Assembly (NCBI GenBank): GCA_018985225.1
Contig: JADGIF010000069.1
Location: forward strand, 1 to 23,666
Direction: 5' to 3'
From: Amoeboradix gromovi X-113
Taxonomy: Eukaryota > Fungi > Sanchytriomycota
Length of the DNA: 23,666 bases
Below the pieces are notes generated by a model. That model worked only from the letters and a program-made list of their open reading frames with translations. It was not told where the DNA came from and did no database searches. Below are positions 9,802-19,543 of this stretch, piece after piece. The translations under genes were made by a program, and so were the position numbers. Within the stretch, counting starts at the first letter, position 1; each line of letters opens with the position of its first letter.

Positions 9802-12095
9802 AATAAACAGTTGCATCCACAACCACTTGCGCAAACAGATCTTGTCTTGAACCATTCAAATATATGCTCCACATGCCCGCCATGCTTGCACTTACTGCAG
9901 AAGTAAGCCAGAGTAGTTGTCGGGTTTTGACAAATGGCGCATAATGTGGTGTACGTGTCGCATGATTTGCATCTCTTAGTATTGGATACAGTGTTACAAA
10001 AATGACAACTTGAAGATAGAAAACATGTAAACGGCACTGGATCCCTGGCCAAGTTTATGATACTTGCAAATTCCTGTTTCTTACAATTCATCTCAAATTT
10101 GTTCAGCAGTTGGACAAAGCGCAGGACAAGAGGATTTATAACAGATAGCAACGGTAACGCCTTACCGTTTATTACCCTATTGGACGTGGGAGGACTGCTT
10201 ATCCGTTTTAAATAATTTAGTTTCTTGGATACACTATTTGGAGCCGATTTTGGGATTCTAATTGTGCTGACTTTGGACTGCCTAGAGAGTAGATCTATCC
10301 CTCCAGCTAATAGCGCTGCTAGTAATATGTCGTCTTTTTGCACTATCCGATAGACGCTTTGCTGCAATAGAGAAAACAATGCGTTTTGGCAGAAATGGCG
10401 CTCAATCAGTTTGGATGCTGATTTAAAGCTGTTCCATATAAATAGCGACATCGGGTTATTCATCTTCTTGACTATATCAGAATTTTCTAAATAATAAGAG
10501 TTGAAATTGTTGACATTAAAGTTCAATGACTTCAATAGAGTACTAGGCAACAATCCGGGTATGTCATCAATTAAAGTGATGTTCATTGTAAAATTGTTAC
10601 CTATATTTACTAGTTTTGGAGACTCTTTAAGGTATTTAAATGCAACTTGTTTAAACTGTTTAAACATCTCAAAAGATCTCGGATGTGATTGTAGCCCAAT
10701 TCTAAATACAGACGAGGTCTTCTCCATAGGCTTTTCTAAATATATAGGACTGAAGAATACAGCCAACCCGCGTGGTGAGAATGCTACTCCGCACAAACAA
10801 GGAAATGGTACGTTTTCTGAAGACATCTCTTTTTCATCTTCAATAACCACAGATTCTTCATGCTCTTTTAACCTTCTCGAAGGATATTGTCCTACATATT
10901 CAATAATTTCTCTCATACATCTTTTACCTCGAAGATAAAACGATTTGCCAATCTGAATTAAATCCTGCTGTAAATCACCAAATTTCTGGTTCTCCACAAA
11001 CGGCTGAATTGGTGCCGTTTTTGGGTAACCTTGATGAATTTTAAATTTAACTTTCACCAGAAATGAATTATTGGCTGTTATTTCAAATATAAATACGTTA
11101 GTACTGAAGTCTAACAGTATGACATGCATGTTCTTCATGCAGGTACATGCATTTACCTCATCAGTCAATGTAGCGATTGTAGAATTAAAAGTCTTAATTC
11201 TTGGATTTGATTTCAACAATGTTCTTGATTGCACCGATTGAGGAATAGTAGATATTTCAATGTGCCTATCATCCGTGGTAGATATGATTGTATTGGAATA
11301 CGCGTTATATTGAGCATCGACCATTAGACTGTCTGTTGGATAAAAATCTTCAAGAAACTTGGAACCTTTATAAATAGCAACACAGGATCTATCCATAAGA
11401 GGGACACTTAGTACATAGTCTGGATGAGGTATCAATTTGTAGCATTCTGCGTCTATTGAGCTGACAATCTCAAATTTGCTGTTTATGCGTAGTATTGAAT
11501 CAAAAGAACCAATTAATAAATCATCGCTCTGCCACGCTATATCCTGAATACCATGTTTCGAGTATTTGAAAATGGGCCTCTGCAAATGCCGGGAATCATA
11601 TAAAATAATGCCCTTCAAGGTAGAAATTGCCAAAAGATCATTATGAAAAATAATGTTTGTGCCTTGATGATCCAACGTTCTGACAGTTGTCATTGAGTCA
11701 CTTTTATAATCATACAACCAGAAATTACGGCCTACACCACTCAGAACAGAATTGTGCCATTCCACTTTACTACTTGCGATTCTCAACACCCTTTCCTTAT
11801 AGTCGCTGTCGAAAACAACAACAGATTTCTTTAGCGATACTGCCACTTGTAAATTCTCATTTACACTTAAATGAACTGGAAAATCGATATCCCAGTACAC
11901 TTTATTGTGATTAAACGTTTCCATATCTATTCTACCAAGACCGTTTTCCGTAGCATAGTAAATACTGTTTTTTAATACATATAGATTAGAAGTAAATGGA
12001 CAAGGATACCGGATCATAATAAATTCTACAAGGTTTGAAAAATAATCAAAATTCATTGCACCTGTAGCAAGTACAGTAATTTTATCATTCCTCAT
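9798..12095 (-). CDS. WDR59: WDR59/Sea3(Mtc5)-like GATOR2/SEA complex subunit
   Basis: Degenerate WD40 N-terminus, RWD-like YP..AP segment, NVPFPCLCGVAFSPRG motif and C-terminal RING CAICQ..CSKCKHGGH..H..EWF..CASGCGCNC. Exact start uncertain. Confidence 0.85.
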   Translation of the reverse strand: MRNDKITVLATGAMNFDYFSNLVEFIMIRYPCPFTSNLYVLKNSIYYATENGLGRIDMETFNHNKVYWDIDFPVHLSVNENLQVAVSLKKSVVVFDSDYKERVLRIASSKVEWHNSVLSGVGRNFWLYDYKSDSMTTVRTLDHQGTNIIFHNDLLAISTLKGIILYDSRHLQRPIFKYSKHGIQDIAWQSDDLLIGSFDSILRINSKFEIVSSIDAECYKLIPHPDYVLSVPLMDRSCVAIYKGSKFLEDFYPTDSLMVDAQYNAYSNTIISTTDDRHIEISTIPQSVQSRTLLKSNPRIKTFNSTIATLTDEVNACTCMKNMHVILLDFSTNVFIFEITANNSFLVKVKFKIHQGYPKTAPIQPFVENQKFGDLQQDLIQIGKSFYLRGKRCMREIIEYVGQYPSRRLKEHEESVVIEDEKEMSSENVPFPCLCGVAFSPRGLAVFFSPIYLEKPMEKTSSVFRIGLQSHPRSFEMFKQFKQVAFKYLKESPKLVNIGNNFTMNITLIDDIPGLLPSTLLKSLNFNVNNFNSYYLENSDIVKKMNNPMSLFIWNSFKSASKLIERHFCQNALFSLLQQSVYRIVQKDDILLAALLAGGIDLLSRQSKVSTIRIPKSAPNSVSKKLNYLKRISSPPTSNRVINGKALPLLSVINPLVLRFVQLLNKFEMNCKKQEFASIINLARDPVPFTCFLSSSCHFCNTVSNTKRCKSCDTYTTLCAICQNPTTTLAYFCSKCKHGGHVEHIFEWFKTRSVCASGCGCNCLF

Positions 12096-12142
12096 TTGCG
12101 CCTCACTTAAAGTACTTTTTGATTAAAAAGCAAAATTTTCCA

Positions 12143-12197
12143 CAGAGAAACTGATAAGTCAGTCGATATGTTACACTGGATGCTCACGCTTTCATTA
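12143..12197 (-). ncRNA. Orphan copy of the Fanzor2-like right-end motif (candidate omegaRNA scaffold)
   Basis: Aligns to 23422-23472 (CAGAGAAACTGA..CAG.CG..TACA.TGG.TGCT..CGCTTT) and to 7933-7960, both of which lie just downstream of TnpB-like remnants. Confidence 0.5.
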
Positions 12198-12857
12198 GTA
12201 TGAATCGAGTTGGTAAAGGGACAGATGTGCCAAAGTTATTTTATTGTTCAAACTTTAAATCAAAATATGCAACATCAACTGATTTTATCATTTTAGTTTG
12301 AAATTTTCTTATGATTACTTTGTAGAAACTGCATCAGGACTCAAGTTCTCCGCATAACAGTATACAAGATTTGCGTTCAAACCCAGTAAAGATCCAAGAA
12401 AATAATTTATTGTTGTTGCGTATCAATCGAAAAAGCAGTTAAAAGAACCTTAGTGCTCAACTCGCAAATGTTTTCTTCATTGCTGTTTTGTCTTTGACTA
12501 ATAATCTTTGAAAAGTAATTATCATTTCCTGCTCTAACAGAATTTGTATTTAGTTTATTCTCTTTCTTTTATGTGCAGCCTTTAAAATCCATAGTTCTGC
12601 AAGGACATTTGCGAATTATACATGAAAAACCCTTCTCTTAATAATAAATCAATCAATTCTTTTTCTCCTCTAAGGCTAGAGGTTTTAGAGAAAAGATAAT
12701 TTACTAAGATACCTCATTATAATCCACGAGGTACTCTAAGTATGCTTGTTACAATTATACAATTGGTGATGCAATCTTAGATTAATCTCAAATCGAGTCT
12801 GGGATGAATGAGATTAGACTAATCTAGTACAAGTGGGGTTAATCTGAATAATCAAGA

Positions 12858-13146
12858 TGGGACACCAAATAGAAAAACTAGACCAAGTCGTTTTTGAAGT
12901 AGGTATTTCATAAGAAGGAAATACTATTATTAATAAAAGTCCTTCTTTCATCAATGTCATCGGTGTCATTCCTCTCTTTAAAACAAAACGAGATGACCCA
13001 CTCTCTCTTTCAAATAAGGTCTCGAGTGTAAGCAAAAGGTGCAATCAATAAGATCAATTTATCTTAATTTACTACTGGTTAATACACACTTGAAATAATG
13101 ATTCAAACTGCTTCAGATTGGTCTAGTCTTTATATTTGATGTCCCA
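12858..13146 (-). mobile_element. 289-bp non-autonomous TIR mini element retaining the Fanzor1-like 3' end
   Basis: TIRs at 12858-12886 and 13118-13146 match at 26/29. Minus strand 13043-12858 is homologous to 8794-8990 (TGCACCTTTTGCTTA; LFERESGSSRFVLKRG vs IFERDAVYSSFILKKG). Confidence 0.85.
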
Positions 13147-13222
13147 CATGTATTAATCTTAAAAAAGCACTCCTTTGAAGCTCCGACTTTCATCTTTCCT
13201 TGTGCTTCAAACAAGACAGTAA

Positions 13223-14755
13223 CTAATTGCTGTTAGATGTGCTCGAACCAAACGAAGATGGCGAACGTGGCTTATAATTTATCCCGATTTCTCCTTGACT
13301 TGTACTTCTCATAAAGTCTTCTCCCGATTCGTGAACTGAGCTTGTAACTAATATCTGACCAACTGAGACACTAGTGCTTGTTGTAATGTTCAGATCCGCG
13401 GACGAAAATGTGTTTACATTGTCTTCATTGTTTGAATCCAGTGGTATCTTCATGTTCGTAAGCATTTGCGAAAAACTGGGCAACTCTAAATATTCACCAA
13501 CACTTCCAAGTGGAACCATCTCACCATGTGTTTCTGTCATAGACAGATCGCTGATAGGAGAGTCCAAAAGGTTTTTAGTTGACGGAAGAACCGGATCAAT
13601 ACTCACATTATTAATTGGAGGTGTTTTGTCAGTCATAAAACTAACCTTTTTAGATTTAGATGAAGAACTGGATGATTTCTTAAGCATGCTTATATCAGTA
13701 GATGCCATGGTATAACTAGGCTCAGATGTGTCCACCACAAGCTCCTTTGCTATTGGAAGTATAACTCTTTTAGACATTTCATGCTGCACAATAATATACT
13801 GCTCATATATATATTCTTTAAGAGCTCCTTTAAGTATATTATCACAATACATCTCAAACAATGAGTCTGAAGACGATGAAATAGTAGTTGTGTTCTTGCT
13901 AGACGTTTCACTAGGATCACCCATCGCTTTAATAAATGCTTGTTGAACGACCCAGTCTACTACATGACGTTGTGCCAGGTTCTTGAATTCTTGATTTGAA
14001 GATGTTTTCGAGGACTTGGAGGAAAGCGACCAAGGCGGTGAAGTTTGAATTATCTCGGTCTTGTAATTGGTATGTGTTTGAGTCTCAATAACTGCATTTG
14101 CCCGATTAACAGTTTCGGTCATCTTGGGTTGTCTTTCTGGGTACTCCTTTGATTCTTTAGTATAAGCCTTAGGTTCTTCTTCAATAGTTTGTAACTCAGC
14201 ATTAGCGGTTGATTTTTTGAGTGGAGATACAATCTGCACAATTCTTTCTGGCTTTTCTTGGCCGGTTACTACAACATTTCGTGGAGTATTTGCAAAATGA
14301 GAAGGTTTTACAGAAGTGCGTCTAAGAAATATCGGATAATTAGACAATCGAACATTGTAATACTTATTCGGAGGAGCCAATATAGAGGTGGGTTTATCTA
14401 TGTGTTTGTGAGGAGAAATAGAAGTTTTTGAAGGACTAGCAGATCTAATTGGTGATACACTTTTTTTGTCTACGCTTTCCTCAGAGTTTTCGTTTCTTAA
14501 TAAAGTCATGTTGCTTTTCATTTTCCGGGACCGTGAGATTCTAGAGACATCATACTCTCTGATTCCGTGGTCTTCTTTGCGAATTTGATTATTCTCTAAC
14601 GGGATGTTAAAACTTTCCTTGTAAAGCCTCTTTCTTTTCAAAAATTCTCTGTTCATATCTATAAGCTCTGGAAACTCCATAAGCATCAATTCATGCCGTA
14701 CTTTAATGTTTTCTAGTTTTGCTGATATGGCATCCAAACTGAATTCATGTTTCAT
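13223..14755 (-). CDS. Ser/Thr-rich low-complexity protein, possibly TALPID3-like
   Basis: 510-aa ORF. An N-terminal coiled coil, VVDWVVQQ and repeated C-terminal SxG(E/Q) motifs recall TALPID3/KIAA0586. The CDS is solid; the product call is weak. Confidence 0.6.
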   Translation of the reverse strand: MKHEFSLDAISAKLENIKVRHELMLMEFPELIDMNREFLKRKRLYKESFNIPLENNQIRKEDHGIREYDVSRISRSRKMKSNMTLLRNENSEESVDKKSVSPIRSASPSKTSISPHKHIDKPTSILAPPNKYYNVRLSNYPIFLRRTSVKPSHFANTPRNVVVTGQEKPERIVQIVSPLKKSTANAELQTIEEEPKAYTKESKEYPERQPKMTETVNRANAVIETQTHTNYKTEIIQTSPPWSLSSKSSKTSSNQEFKNLAQRHVVDWVVQQAFIKAMGDPSETSSKNTTTISSSSDSLFEMYCDNILKGALKEYIYEQYIIVQHEMSKRVILPIAKELVVDTSEPSYTMASTDISMLKKSSSSSSKSKKVSFMTDKTPPINNVSIDPVLPSTKNLLDSPISDLSMTETHGEMVPLGSVGEYLELPSFSQMLTNMKIPLDSNNEDNVNTFSSADLNITTSTSVSVGQILVTSSVHESGEDFMRSTSQGEIGINYKPRSPSSFGSSTSNSN

Positions 14756-14871
14756 AAGAATTTGTTATTAAAAAATGAAATTAAAGGTAAAAAGATGGTT
14801 TTTGGATACATTTTGACAAATCGGCCGTTCTGATTTACATCGCAATTTCTGGTGTTTGTCCTGAAACAATT

Positions 14872-15114
14872 ATGATTTCTCGAGTAACTAGGCAATTAAA
14901 ACCTGCTCGATTTCAGCAGCTAAACGTAGACACCCAGCCTCACCCTATTCCTGCTATAAATCTGAAGAAACCTGTAATTGTTGTGCATGGTAGGAAAGCT
15001 ATGTGTGATGGATTGAATACGCATCCTAGAATTTATATGAATTTAGATGGCGGTCAAGGCACCTGCAGCTATTGTGGCAACATATACAAGCAAGACAGTA
15101 AACATCATCATTAA
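14872..15114 (+). CDS. NDUFS6: NADH dehydrogenase (complex I) zinc-finger subunit, zf-CHCC
   Basis: Mitochondrial-type presequence, QP.P..AINL and CDG..HPRIYMNLD..CSYCG. Confidence 0.9.
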   Translation: MISRVTRQLKPARFQQLNVDTQPHPIPAINLKKPVIVVHGRKAMCDGLNTHPRIYMNLDGGQGTCSYCGNIYKQDSKHHH

Positions 15115-15120
15115 TTTATT

Positions 15121-16266
15121 TTAAAATATTCTTTTATGGATTAAATAAGGATCTTCAGTGTACTCTTCTTTGGATACCCAGAAATGTTTGAAAGTATCCA
15201 GCTGCGATATTATCTGTGCACCTACCCATGAACTGTATAATCTTTCAGGCGGCAAATTCAATTTTAATGTTAAATTTGGTGATTGTTGTAAAGATTGCAC
15301 TCTAGGCATTTGTGCAATCTGAGTCCCAAGTGAAGTAACAGCAGTGTGAGTGTGATACTTTTGCTTGAGATCGTGCAGCAATCTATCACCAGTATTTAGG
15401 AATAACGAACTGCCCCCGCAAATAACGATATTCTCAGCCAACTCACTTCTGATATCTACATCTGCACTTAGAAGCGAGTGCAACAGATGGTCAGTAACAC
15501 TGGGGCAGGTCATTTGCATCAGTTTGGGATCAAATAACACTTCTGGTGCCATAAAGTGTGACATTCCTAAATCAATTATCTGTCCATCCGGAAGTGTATA
15601 TGGTGTCTGCGCTCCAGATGATATATATTCTCTTGTAGATTTAAGAACGTCCTTAACTATCTGACAAGATTTCTTCATATCATTTACAATTAAAAACTCG
15701 CTTGAACTTGTAAATGAGTGACCCTGCTTTCTCAAAAGTAGTTGTAAGTATTCTGTAACCTTTCTCCCACCTAAATCTGTCTGTATTAAAGTGTTGGTCA
15801 GCTTATGACCTTGATACAAGGCCATACAAGAAGTTTTAGCGTGTCCAATATCCAGAACTATCCCAGAAGTCTTTCCAAGACCATACAAGGATAAGATAGG
15901 CTGAGTTACCATAGATATAGCAGGATGATTGTATTGCTCCATAAATACCTGCATTAATTGATCGACATTCTTAGTGCTGTATATAGGAGGAAGCGTATAG
16001 AACAATGGGAATTGATCACTTTGTACAACATGTTTCTCGTATATGTAGTTCCACAGCAGCATCAGCTGTGAATAATTTTCAGTATCGCTGGGATACTCGA
16101 TGCTGAGAATACCTTTGTGTTTATAAGCATTTTGAGAGATGAATTGCTCGCCATGAATTACCCTAGGAAAATAACTATGGCCCACACAGCTTATGCTTAA
16201 ATTAGGCTCGCTTAATCCACTCTTCATATAAAAAGATCCGTGATCAAGTAAAAATGGTGCTTGCAT
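15121..16266 (-). CDS. ARP1: Actin-related protein 1 (centractin, dynactin), divergent
   Basis: Actin fold plus Arp1-type LLLRKQGHSFTSSSEF and PPERLYSSWVG..LDTFK.FWVSKEEY.EDP..IH. Confidence 0.85.
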   Translation of the reverse strand: MQAPFLLDHGSFYMKSGLSEPNLSISCVGHSYFPRVIHGEQFISQNAYKHKGILSIEYPSDTENYSQLMLLWNYIYEKHVVQSDQFPLFYTLPPIYSTKNVDQLMQVFMEQYNHPAISMVTQPILSLYGLGKTSGIVLDIGHAKTSCMALYQGHKLTNTLIQTDLGGRKVTEYLQLLLRKQGHSFTSSSEFLIVNDMKKSCQIVKDVLKSTREYISSGAQTPYTLPDGQIIDLGMSHFMAPEVLFDPKLMQMTCPSVTDHLLHSLLSADVDIRSELAENIVICGGSSLFLNTGDRLLHDLKQKYHTHTAVTSLGTQIAQMPRVQSLQQSPNLTLKLNLPPERLYSSWVGAQIISQLDTFKHFWVSKEEYTEDPYLIHKRIF

Positions 16267-16314
16267 TTTATTAGCAACAGAAAACAGCGGAGTGATTCAA
16301 TATTTTTGTTAAAA

Positions 16315-16620
16315 ATGATTTTACTAATAGGGCAACTGAATCCTCGTCATCGCAGTAAATATATTGGAACAATTGGCATTTTAACAAAACACAATCCAAT
16401 ACACTCGACTGCAGTGTTAAAACACCTTCAACATGTTCTAGTGTTGGACTGTTCAGACTATCCAATTAAGCACTTCAACATGCGAGTACTGGTATATGGA
16501 AAACTTTTTGTGCTTAAAAAGGGTCACGAATTGTTGTTCAGATTAAAAGTGTACCACATTGAACCAAGTCTTGTAAGCCACCACAAAATCCATGAAATTG
16601 GTAAATATTGCTTGAACTAA
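16315..16620 (+). CDS. Small protein, possibly a Ten1-like OB fold
   Basis: 101 aa from ATG 16315, divergent from ARP1 with 48 bp between starts. Beta-strand pattern IGTIGIL..VLVLD..VLVYGKL. Confidence 0.45.
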   Translation: MILLIGQLNPRHRSKYIGTIGILTKHNPIHSTAVLKHLQHVLVLDCSDYPIKHFNMRVLVYGKLFVLKKGHELLFRLKVYHIEPSLVSHHKIHEIGKYCLN

Positions 16621-16692
16621 GCGCAGTAATCATCTATAACATGTTAAGCACATTGGATTTCGCAGTTAATAATAAATTCTGTTTATTAGTTA

Positions 16693-18750
16693 TTAAATCT
16701 TTAATTTGGCCACATCTTCGATTCTGAAGTCATTTCTCAATAACAAACACTTCCTCATTTCCTGCGTTGTTAGTTGCCACTGATAACTTGGGTCGTGTAT
16801 CAACTCATTTACTTCACTAATTGTCTCACAGTTGACTATTATGGCGATTTCCAACAGCTTGCTAAATTTACCTCGCAAGAGTTGATGTTTTATAAAGTAC
16901 AAATCACTCGTACAGTTCTTATGAAAGTAATCATCCAATGCTTTTTGTAGCGATCTTGTATCCTTTTCAAAGAATGCGGCGCCCTTCAGATTCATAGAGC
17001 ATTCGTATACAGCATCCACGTATCTATCTACAATAACATCTACAGATTCCATCAACAGTCTCACGAACACATCATTCTTAAAAGTACTAAACTCCCCAAA
17101 ATTAACATTCAGTATTACATCCAGGGTAGGATTGTTCCCCAACAGTCTTGATTCCATCATTGTATTGTTTACATCTACTGCAACCATGTATTTGCTACTA
17201 TTTCCTACTTTCACTATGTCTCTAAACAACTTTTTACAGTTTACTGTTAATGATCTTTTTAATTGATTGTTATAAAACTGATTGATTAATGTATCCAGTT
17301 GGTCACTCTTGAAGTTCCAGTCAAATCTCTTGATAAACAGTTGTTCAACTGCTTGCACATGGGCGTCATCATATTTCGACTTCAACTTACCAACATGTTG
17401 AATGACATCATTGTGTATGCTGTCCAGTTTGTTATTAAAGTCATCCATCTCTTGCAGTAACAGTAATGGCAAGTTATTCATTTCATCGTGCTCAAACCTT
17501 AGTGAGAATTTAAACATTTCAACAAGGTTGTCAATTAGTAACCTATTACTAATTGTACTTAAACAGTATAACATGTCATCAATGAAATTAGGGTTTCCAA
17601 GCAAAGTGGCTCGCATATAACTAGCCTTTAATAAATGAATTGAATCTTCAACAATACTCATATCATTCTCACCCGGAGACAATTTAAAATTGATAAAAAA
17701 TTTAGAGAAACAAGATTGTATATACACTACCTCTATCACTTTGTACTGATGCCAAATCTCGTTGATTGTACTTGTTAGCACACTTTTTTTAAAATCATAC
17801 AACTTGTGTAATTCACTAAAATTTACTAATTTATAAAATCTGTCCATTACACTACTCATTTCAATACAATATTTACTCAATTCTTTTAAATCTACCTGGG
17901 AATCAATCACTAAAATGCCGTCCTCCCTCTTTGTTAGCTCCAATGTTTTTAACTCAGCTACGAGTTTGTTAAAATTGCGAGTACTCTGCCATTTAGAAAG
18001 CAGTTGGGAGATCAAGTCCTCTACATATTTGTAAAACTTGTCGAAAAATAAAAAACTGGCTCTATCACCAACTTTATCGTGGAGACCATTATAGAGTTTA
18101 ACAATTAAATGAGAAAATGCATCCATACACTTGATAAGTATCATAATAGGCTCAATAGGCTGCTGTTGAATCTGTTGCAGTTGTTCATCAAAAATAATTT
18201 TTACGCTTTTAATAAAAACAGAGATGCCTTGGTTTTCCTTATAAATCGTAAAGTAGTTCTTGAGTAGTTGAATAAGATCGTAGATTGCAGTAGGTTTTTG
18301 TTTACTTAGATGCTGTAATAACACTTCCTGAAGATTAGTGAATACAGTTTGAATAGGTTTATCTGATTTTGGAGGAATCACATCAAGACGTTTAAAATCA
18401 GGTATATGTGATGTGTTTTCAAAGAGAGAAAATATATCATCGTACTGCTGTTTTTCGGCTAATTCATAGCCTCTCAGCACTGCAAATTTAAATGAGGTCA
18501 AAGAGTTAATGCTCTCCTTAAGCTTTAGTATGTTTTTTCTTTCGACATCCAATTGAAATAGTTTTGATTTGACATCTTTACTAACTGAATCGATGCCTAA
18601 TAAAATATCATTTAAATCTTCAAAATCATCTCTAATTTTATTGAGACTCTCTTGGACTCTAACTGTAGTGACATAAATGGTGGGATCTTTGCAAAATTCG
18701 AGCAAACTTTCTTCCTTCTTCTCGAGTATTGCCAGTTGATCTTGTAGCAT
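16693..18750 (-). CDS. COG4: Conserved oligomeric Golgi complex subunit 4
   Basis: C-terminus GAAFFEKDTRSL..LRGKFSKL..WQLT..E.RKCLLLRNDFRIEDVAKLKI matches COG4; N-terminal coiled coil; first ATG at 18750. Confidence 0.88.
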   Translation of the reverse strand: MLQDQLAILEKKEESLLEFCKDPTIYVTTVRVQESLNKIRDDFEDLNDILLGIDSVSKDVKSKLFQLDVERKNILKLKESINSLTSFKFAVLRGYELAEKQQYDDIFSLFENTSHIPDFKRLDVIPPKSDKPIQTVFTNLQEVLLQHLSKQKPTAIYDLIQLLKNYFTIYKENQGISVFIKSVKIIFDEQLQQIQQQPIEPIMILIKCMDAFSHLIVKLYNGLHDKVGDRASFLFFDKFYKYVEDLISQLLSKWQSTRNFNKLVAELKTLELTKREDGILVIDSQVDLKELSKYCIEMSSVMDRFYKLVNFSELHKLYDFKKSVLTSTINEIWHQYKVIEVVYIQSCFSKFFINFKLSPGENDMSIVEDSIHLLKASYMRATLLGNPNFIDDMLYCLSTISNRLLIDNLVEMFKFSLRFEHDEMNNLPLLLLQEMDDFNNKLDSIHNDVIQHVGKLKSKYDDAHVQAVEQLFIKRFDWNFKSDQLDTLINQFYNNQLKRSLTVNCKKLFRDIVKVGNSSKYMVAVDVNNTMMESRLLGNNPTLDVILNVNFGEFSTFKNDVFVRLLMESVDVIVDRYVDAVYECSMNLKGAAFFEKDTRSLQKALDDYFHKNCTSDLYFIKHQLLRGKFSKLLEIAIIVNCETISEVNELIHDPSYQWQLTTQEMRKCLLLRNDFRIEDVAKLKI

Positions 18751-18951
18751 GGAGAACACCGAAAAATAAGTTGCTTACCTTAAATGGGAGGATCGTAAAT
18801 AAACTAGAGTTAGGATTACTTAAGTTTAGATAACTTGAGTAGAAAGAAATATAACGGAACTTTGTCATATATTTCTATCTGACCGAGCAGGAAAGACCAA
18901 TTTGACAACAAATATGCTGAATGAGATACCAGACCTGATGATTTATTTTAT

Positions 18952-19313
18952 TTACAATTTCTGTTTAAGTTTTTGAACATGCTCTTTCTCCAGCAAGTAC
19001 TTTCCCTGTTTATACTTTTGGTTCGATTCGAAGCACTCCACATACTTCCAACCAATTATTTTAGAGCAATTAAGACATCTCAAATCCGAAATTACATGAA
19101 GTCCAGTCATCAACTGTTGGGTATATTGTCCTTGTTCTATGGTATTGACAGTTGATAAAATTAAGAGTGCAGGACCGAATTTACCAAAAAAGTTCTTAGA
19201 AACGACCTATATAAGTTTGAGAATACCCGTTCCTGACATGTAATATGGCAATGACAGTTTTTGCAGCAATAGATAGTCTTATTGTCAAGAAAAGACAGAA
19301 ATAATCTCGGCAT
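18952..19313 (-). CDS. YPEL: Yippee-like (YPEL/Moh1) zinc-binding protein, 113 aa; exons 19313-19227 and 19206-18952; absent from the ORF track
   Basis: Manual translation: MPRLFLSFLDNKTIYCCKNCHCHITCQER|VVSKNFFGKFGPALLILSTVNTIEQGQYTQQLMTGLHVISDLRCLNCSKIIGWKYVECFESNQKYKQGKYLLEKEHVQKLKQKL*. Shows the Yippee motifs TGLH, CxxC, GWKY and QKYKxGK. Confidence 0.93.
19207..19226 (-). other. 20-nt spliceosomal intron in the Yippee gene
   Basis: GTATTCTCAAACTTATATAG. Removal restores the frame and the exact Yippee spacing CxxCxxH-x8-SK. Confidence 0.85.
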
Positions 19314-19543
19314 GACTTACAGCGAAATATTTTGTGACAGTCTTTGTTTCACTAGGTTTTTTATTCGGGCTTCGACGTCGGCGATGGGATATTGGCGTTT
19401 TTTAATGTCATTCCATTGGTGTTCCTCATAAGTTTATAATAGTGAGCACATTTTTGAAGTTAAATAAATTACAACTAGTAATTAAACGATTGATCTTAGC
19501 ACAAAAATCAAATTCTCCATCATGTTCGTTTCAAAACTTACGA

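Noticed and set aside
12143-12197. Hammerhead ribozyme reading of the repeated motif (CTGATAAG on plus, GAAAGC on minus)
   Set aside because: CUGANGA is not intact, the two core halves are on opposite strands, and no UH cleavage site follows the stem.
12480-12600. Minus-strand LKAAHKRKRIN*IQILL resembling a TnpB bridge helix
   Set aside because: No RuvC or zinc motifs nearby, so the similarity is too weak.
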